The notes beneath the pieces were generated by a model that saw only the letters and a list, made by a program, of their open reading frames with translations, searched no databases and was not told where the DNA came from. Below, piece after piece: positions 57,604 through 64,000 of a DNA stretch of 64,000 bases; positions within the stretch are counted from its first letter, which is position 1, and every line of letters begins with the position of its first letter. Location: NCBI GenBank assembly GCA_964016885.1, contig OZ024749.1:51770001-51834000 (forward strand), given 5' to 3'. The position numbers and the translations under genes are program-made. This DNA is from Eledone cirrhosa (Eukaryota).

Positions 57604-57628
57604 CATACAGACAAATAGACATACATAC

Positions 57629-57712
<84 letters not shown>

Positions 57713-57954
57713 TTACATACAAATGTATGATGATGTGTGGGGAGGGATAAAATTTCATTGATTTGGGAGGAAGTGTTGAAAAGCTTCAAAGCTCCAAAGA
57801 ATATCCCTTATAACTCTATCGAATCTTAGGCTTATCTCAAATGTCATCGAATGTTCAACTAAAATTACATGATCGAATAAAGTCACAAAATCGATGGTTT
57901 CATTTGAAAATAAAAATGATTTCCATCTATTTTATTTGATAAGTATTTTTTAAA

Positions 57955-58038
<84 letters not shown>

Positions 58039-58086
58039 ATATATTTGTATATATATATATACATATGGGTGTAGATATATATATAC

Positions 58087-58293
<207 letters not shown>

Positions 58294-58306
58294 TATATAT
58301 ATTTCA

Positions 58307-58654
<348 letters not shown>

Positions 58655-58990
58655 GTTATTCCGGGTTATATATATATATATAAGATTGTGATTCTATTTA
58701 CAAAGTGTATACAGATACATACAAACACAAAACGCTCACTCGCATAAATACATAAATACAAGGAGCGGGCTTCCACACAAATTCAATCTACCAAATATCA
58801 CTCACAAGGTATTTCTCTGGTTGCCAATTTATGGGATTGAACACGAAACTCCGTGGATAGGAAGCGACATTTTTATTCTCACGGCCATACCTCATTTATA
58901 TATGTAGATGATGAAGGTTTGGTTTTGGTGAAACGGGCGTCCTCGAACATGGTTTGGTAATTTGTTGCGGAACTATAGATATATGTATAC

Positions 58991-59062
<72 letters not shown>

Positions 59063-59316
59063 TACATACATATATATGCATATTGAATCAGATTGAGAGT
59101 AATTGGGGGAAAATATCACTTGTGACTATATCGCTAACAGATAGAGAGAGAGATAGATAGATAGAAATTAGAAAACATAAAATACTCACATTTTAGACTG
59201 TATAGTTTCTACTACGGTAATTGTTAATGAATAAATAGATACAGAAGAAAATGGCGGAAAAGTGAAGCATATTTTTAACGTGTGATGTCTATTGTAAAGT
59301 GTTTCACTTATATATA

Positions 59317-59473
<157 letters not shown>

Positions 59474-59518
59474 CAATATATGTATATATATTTATATATA
59501 AAGAAACCCTACCAACAC

Positions 59519-60127
59519 CAATGCGTTGCAAATAAGCATTGAAAGAGTCAATGATTAATTTGATTATAAAGAATACTTACTTGATTTTTTTTTCTGAATA
59601 GATGTTAGTACATGTAGTTTGCAAGTAATAGAAGTGGAAAAGTAGATCGTTTATAATTATAGAAGTATGGGGAAATATGAATATAGAAGAAATGGTGTAA
59701 TAGATTGCAATAATTGTGGCAATAGAATGAAGAGAATATAGGAATGAAGAGAATATAGGATTGCATAGAATCAGTTCGGAAAGAATATAGTGAAAACTAT
59801 CATTCATATATATATATATATATATATACTTTTCCACTTCTATTACTTGCAAACTACATATTCTTTCCGAACTGATTCTATGCAATCCTATATTCTCTTC
59901 ATTCCTATATTCTCTTCATTCTATTGCCACAATTATTGCAATCTATTACACCATTTCTTCTATATTCATATTTCCCCATACTTCTATAATTATAAACGAT
60001 CTACTTTTCCACTTCTATTACTTGCAAACTACATGTACTAACATCTATTCAGAAAAAAAAATCAAGTAAGTATTCTTTATAATCAAATTAATCGTTGACT
60101 CTTTCAATGCTTATTTGCAACGCATTG
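59519..60127. repeat. Inverted repeat with 270-bp near-identical arms and a (TA)n-containing spacer
   Basis: Arms 59519-59788 / 59858-60127. Confidence 0.9.
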
Positions 60128-60249
60128 ATATATATGCACACATACACACACACATATATATATACACACATACACTCCTCTAGGTTTAATGATCTACTCA
60201 ACCAACAACTTCAATATTTCAGATAGTGATCAATTATTATAAATATATG

Positions 60250-60301
<52 letters not shown>

Positions 60302-60617
60302 TAATATATATATAATATATTTAATATATATAATATATATATATAATATATAATATATATATATAATATATATATATTATATATATTTATAATAAATGAG
60401 GAATTGATCACTATCTGAAATATTGAAGTTGTTGATTGAGTAGATCATTAAACCTAGAGGAGTGTATGTGTGTATATATATATGTGTGTGTGTATGTGTG
60501 TATATATATATATGTGTGTGTGTGTGTGTATGTGTGCATATATATATGTTTATATATACCCAAAGTATCGAGTACTCTGTTGAGTAATGGACTAACCAGT
60601 TTCAAACTCTATCCATC

Positions 60618-60620
<3 letters not shown>
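60128..60620. mobile_element. Fold-back element with AT-microsatellite spacer and tail
   Basis: Arms ~60128-60235 / 60402-60545 (CACTCCTCTAGGTTTAATGATCTACTCAA..); tail with TCGAGTAC/TTGAGTAA. Confidence 0.75.
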
Positions 60621-60656
<36 letters not shown>

Positions 60657-60658
<2 letters not shown>

Positions 60659-60852
60659 CGAAGGAAATGTGGTAAGGAACCAGGTGGACCATAACGCACC
60701 AAAGTACTCAATACTTGAGGTAGTAGAGTGGGTAATAGGAACCAGTAAGACCCCGACAGCTGAGCTCAAGCCGTTTCGACGGCTAATTCTGGTAAGAGTC
60801 CAGAATTAGCCGTCGAAACGGCTTGAGCTCAGCTGTCGGGGTCTTACTGGTT

Positions 60853-60857
<5 letters not shown>
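60657..60857 (-). mobile_element. Family E fold-back element, perfect 58-bp arms
   Basis: Arms 60735-60792 / 60800-60857, 7-nt loop. Confidence 0.9.
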
Positions 60858-60902
<45 letters not shown>

Positions 60903-60904
60903 CA

Positions 60905-61040
60905 TGTTACGTCCCTTTATGGTCTGCGTTCAAATCTCGCCGAGGTTCACTTTGCCTTTCATCCTTATGAGGTCGATAAAATAAAGTACCAGTAATACAC
61001 TGGGATAATTGCTGGCCTTGTGCCAAAAGTAGAAACAATT
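60905..61040 (+). mobile_element. tRNA-derived SINE, 5'-truncated
   Basis: Family body and 3' end. Confidence 0.8.
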
Positions 61041-61424
61041 ATATATATATATATATATATACATACATACAGAGTGTGAGAGAGAGATGTAAACATGTGG
61101 GAACAATATGGATATATTGAAAGTACTGTTAGATAATTTATTGGAAGCTAAAACAACTTCCAATATATCGATCTATGTGTTACCGAGGCAGAGCGGGAAA
61201 ACCATTGGAAACTTCGATTCGTTTTTTGTTGTTGTTGTTTTTATACAATCTGAATAAACTACATATAGTTCCATTTTAAATATTCATAAATATGAATATA
61301 TTATATGTGAGATATCAGATGTTTATCATTGTCTGACTTTCTAAATAAATCTTAAACCGAGTTAGTTTCTCAAAATATTTCATATATTTTTATATTTTTA
61401 CTTTCCATTTTCGCAGAAGTTGTC

Positions 61425-61504
<80 letters not shown>

Positions 61505-61516
<12 letters not shown>

Positions 61517-61669
61517 AATATATACTGTCCTAATATATACATGCATATATATATATATATATACTGTCCTAAAATATACATACATATATATATATATATA
61601 CTGTCCTAAAATATATATACATATATATATATATATAATGAAAATCTAAAGAATACATTTCTTATGATA

Positions 61670-61722
<53 letters not shown>

Positions 61723-61869
61723 AATATATACTGTCCTAATATATACATGCATATATATATATATATACTGTCCTAAAATATACATACATATATATATATA
61801 TACTGTCCTAAAATATATATACATATATATATATATAATGAAAATCTAAAGAATACATTTCTTATGATA

Positions 61870-61921
<52 letters not shown>

Positions 61922-61955
61922 TATCATAAGAAATATATTCTTTAGATTTTCATTT
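61505..61955. repeat. ~200-bp tandem duplication ending in a (TA)n-loop hairpin
   Basis: ATGAAAATCTAAAGAATACATTTCTTATGATAGAA at ~61638 and ~61838; inverted copy at 61919-61953. Confidence 0.8.
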
Positions 61956-62172
61956 ATGCGTTACTTTTCCCTAAATGTTGTTCAATAGAAAATTTCCGTA
62001 AATAGTTTGGGTTTTTTTTAAATGTCGATATCAGAGTAATATTGTAATATTTAGGACCATTACAAATTCAAATGTATGCATTATATTCGATATATTGGAT
62101 ACGTAAAAGAACAAAAGATTTATTATTAGCCCTCCCTTTTATATTCCCCACATCTTTATTGTCCTCTTCATG

Positions 62173-62293
<121 letters not shown>

Positions 62294-62344
62294 CTGTGTG
62301 TCTATGTATATATATGTACCTATGTATATATATATATATTCTGT

Positions 62345-62530
62345 TAAGCAGTATCGGTAGAGGGTCGAACGCCGTGCTTTGCAACATGGAGTTACGCCTC
62401 TTTGCGGTCTGAGTTCAAATGCCACCGAGGTTAACTTTCCCTTTCATCCTTACGGGGTCGATAAAATAAAGCACCAGTAATGCACTGGGATAATTGCCGG
62501 CCTTGTGCCAAAAGTAGAAAAATTATTATT
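62345..62530 (+). mobile_element. tRNA-derived SINE
   Basis: Family head/body/3' end. Confidence 0.8.
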
Positions 62531-62739
62531 ACTATTAATCTTTATCATAATGAACTTTCATAAACAGAGATAGTTAAATATAGGTTTAATTATTCGTGGC
62601 CACACATCCATACAATATGGCGTCCATTCAAATATTTCGTTCACTTTGTGCGGCACTCATTTTCCAAGCTTCTTTGACTTTACAATTTGGTTGAACTGTT
62701 CAGAAACTCTTCCAATGGTTACTATCTCTCTACTCACAC

Positions 62740-62950
62740 TGACACGTGCACCCTTAACGTTGTTCTGAGATATGCAGTGTGGCAGCGTGGTTAACAAGTC
62801 TGGCCATTTGTATTACTGGTACAATTCATTTTTCTTTTAGCGAGCTTAATGGACTGGAGAAAAATAAAATAAAATATCTATAACGCACCACCGAGAATCG
62901 AACTCGTAACCTTAGGATCGTGAGTCGAACACCCTAACCACTAAGCCACC
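62740..62950 (-). mobile_element. Diverged CORE-like/second-family SINE
   Basis: Reverse complement GTGGCTTAGTGGTTAGGGTGTTCGAC..GAGTTCGATTC. Confidence 0.55.
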
Positions 62951-63099
62951 TGCTGTCCACGGGTGACCGTTACTAACTTTATACTGTGAATGTGAAATCA
63001 CAATATTGACCACCAATACATGATCAATCAGAACTTATATCTATTCTCACTTACCCACAAGCAGAAAACGATAAGTAAAGTATGTGTGTGGGTTTGTGA

Positions 63100-63306
63100 A
63101 CGTGGTGTTGTTGTTGTCGTCGTTGTTGTTGCTGTTGTTGTTGTTGTTATCGTCGTCGTTGTTGTTGTTGGTGTTGCTGTTGTTGTTGTTGTTGCTGTTG
63201 TTGCTGTTGTTGCTGTTGTTATCGTCGTCGTTGTTGTTGTTGTTGCTGTTGTTATCGTCGTCGTTGTTGTTGTTGTTATCCTCGTCGTCATTGTTGTTGT
63301 TGTTGC

Positions 63307-63346
<40 letters not shown>

Positions 63347-63580
63347 GCTGCAGTTAGTATTGTTGTTGTTAGTATTGTCAATTGTTGCTGTTGTTATCGT
63401 CGTCGTCGTCGCTGCTGTTGTTGTTGCTGTTGTTGTTGTTACTGTTGTCATTGTTGTTGGTGGTGGTGGTGGTGGTGGTGTCGTTGTTGTCGTTGTTGTT
63501 GTTATTGCTGTTGTTGGTGGTGGTGGTGGTGGTGTCGTTGTCGTCGTCGACGTCGTCGTTGTTGTTGTTGTCATTGTTGT

Positions 63581-63610
<30 letters not shown>
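63100..63610. repeat. (GTT/GTC/GGT)n field
   Basis: Seen directly. Confidence 0.95.
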
Positions 63611-63611
<1 letters not shown>

Positions 63612-64000
63612 TTGTTTTTATTTTCCCGCCACCACTTACCTTGCATCATACTTAATTGAAAATACCTCTCATGTAAAGAGCTTTATCCGTGACCAGCCTA
63701 TTGTTCTCCGGTTAAAATCTATTTTATCGAATATGTTCTTCCTTTTCTAAGTGTGATTAGTTAGAAATGTGACTGCTATGTGAAATTTATGAGGTGTTTG
63801 TTGGTCAACAAATTTATACTCCGGCCAAATACCTTTTATATCTATTCCAATGTTTCGCAGATTATAACAACAACCAATGGAAATATATATATTACTTTAC
63901 ATTTAAGTAACGGAACATCCAAATGTATTTTATGATAGTTCAGGCAACGAAACATCGAATTATTTGATACTATAGTTTAGTTGTTGTTGTTGTTGTTGTT

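Overview
AT-rich, microsatellite-saturated eukaryotic (metazoan) DNA with no recognisable intact host protein-coding gene. Almost all long ORFs are translations of (TA)n, (CA)n, (GTT)n or (GGT)n tracts. The SINE set resembles cephalopod (Octopus-like) repeats; this is an inference. Conventional content: about 20 copies of a tRNA-derived SINE (several with TSDs), CORE-like SINEs, mariner/Tc1 MITEs, a decayed Tc1/mariner transposase, and 3' fragments of RLE-type non-LTR retrotransposons (R4/Dong-like, CRE-like). The main signal is a set of short non-coding elements from many sequence-unrelated families, sitting in or next to (TA)n tracts. Many carry type-I hammerhead ribozyme motifs (CUGAnGA-stem II-GAAA-short, often palindromic helix III-NUH; best at 8404-8461, 12345-12387, 40751-40790, 47739-47772, 54100-54153). 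They are often inserted as fold-back palindromes (arms about 30-370 bp) whose apex lies at or near the ribozyme, and they carry an unpaired 3' tail with a shared TTGAGTRC-like motif. This looks like a diverse non-autonomous Penelope-like/retrozyme system targeting (TA)n. Coordinates were read by eye, so element ends may be off by a few bases.
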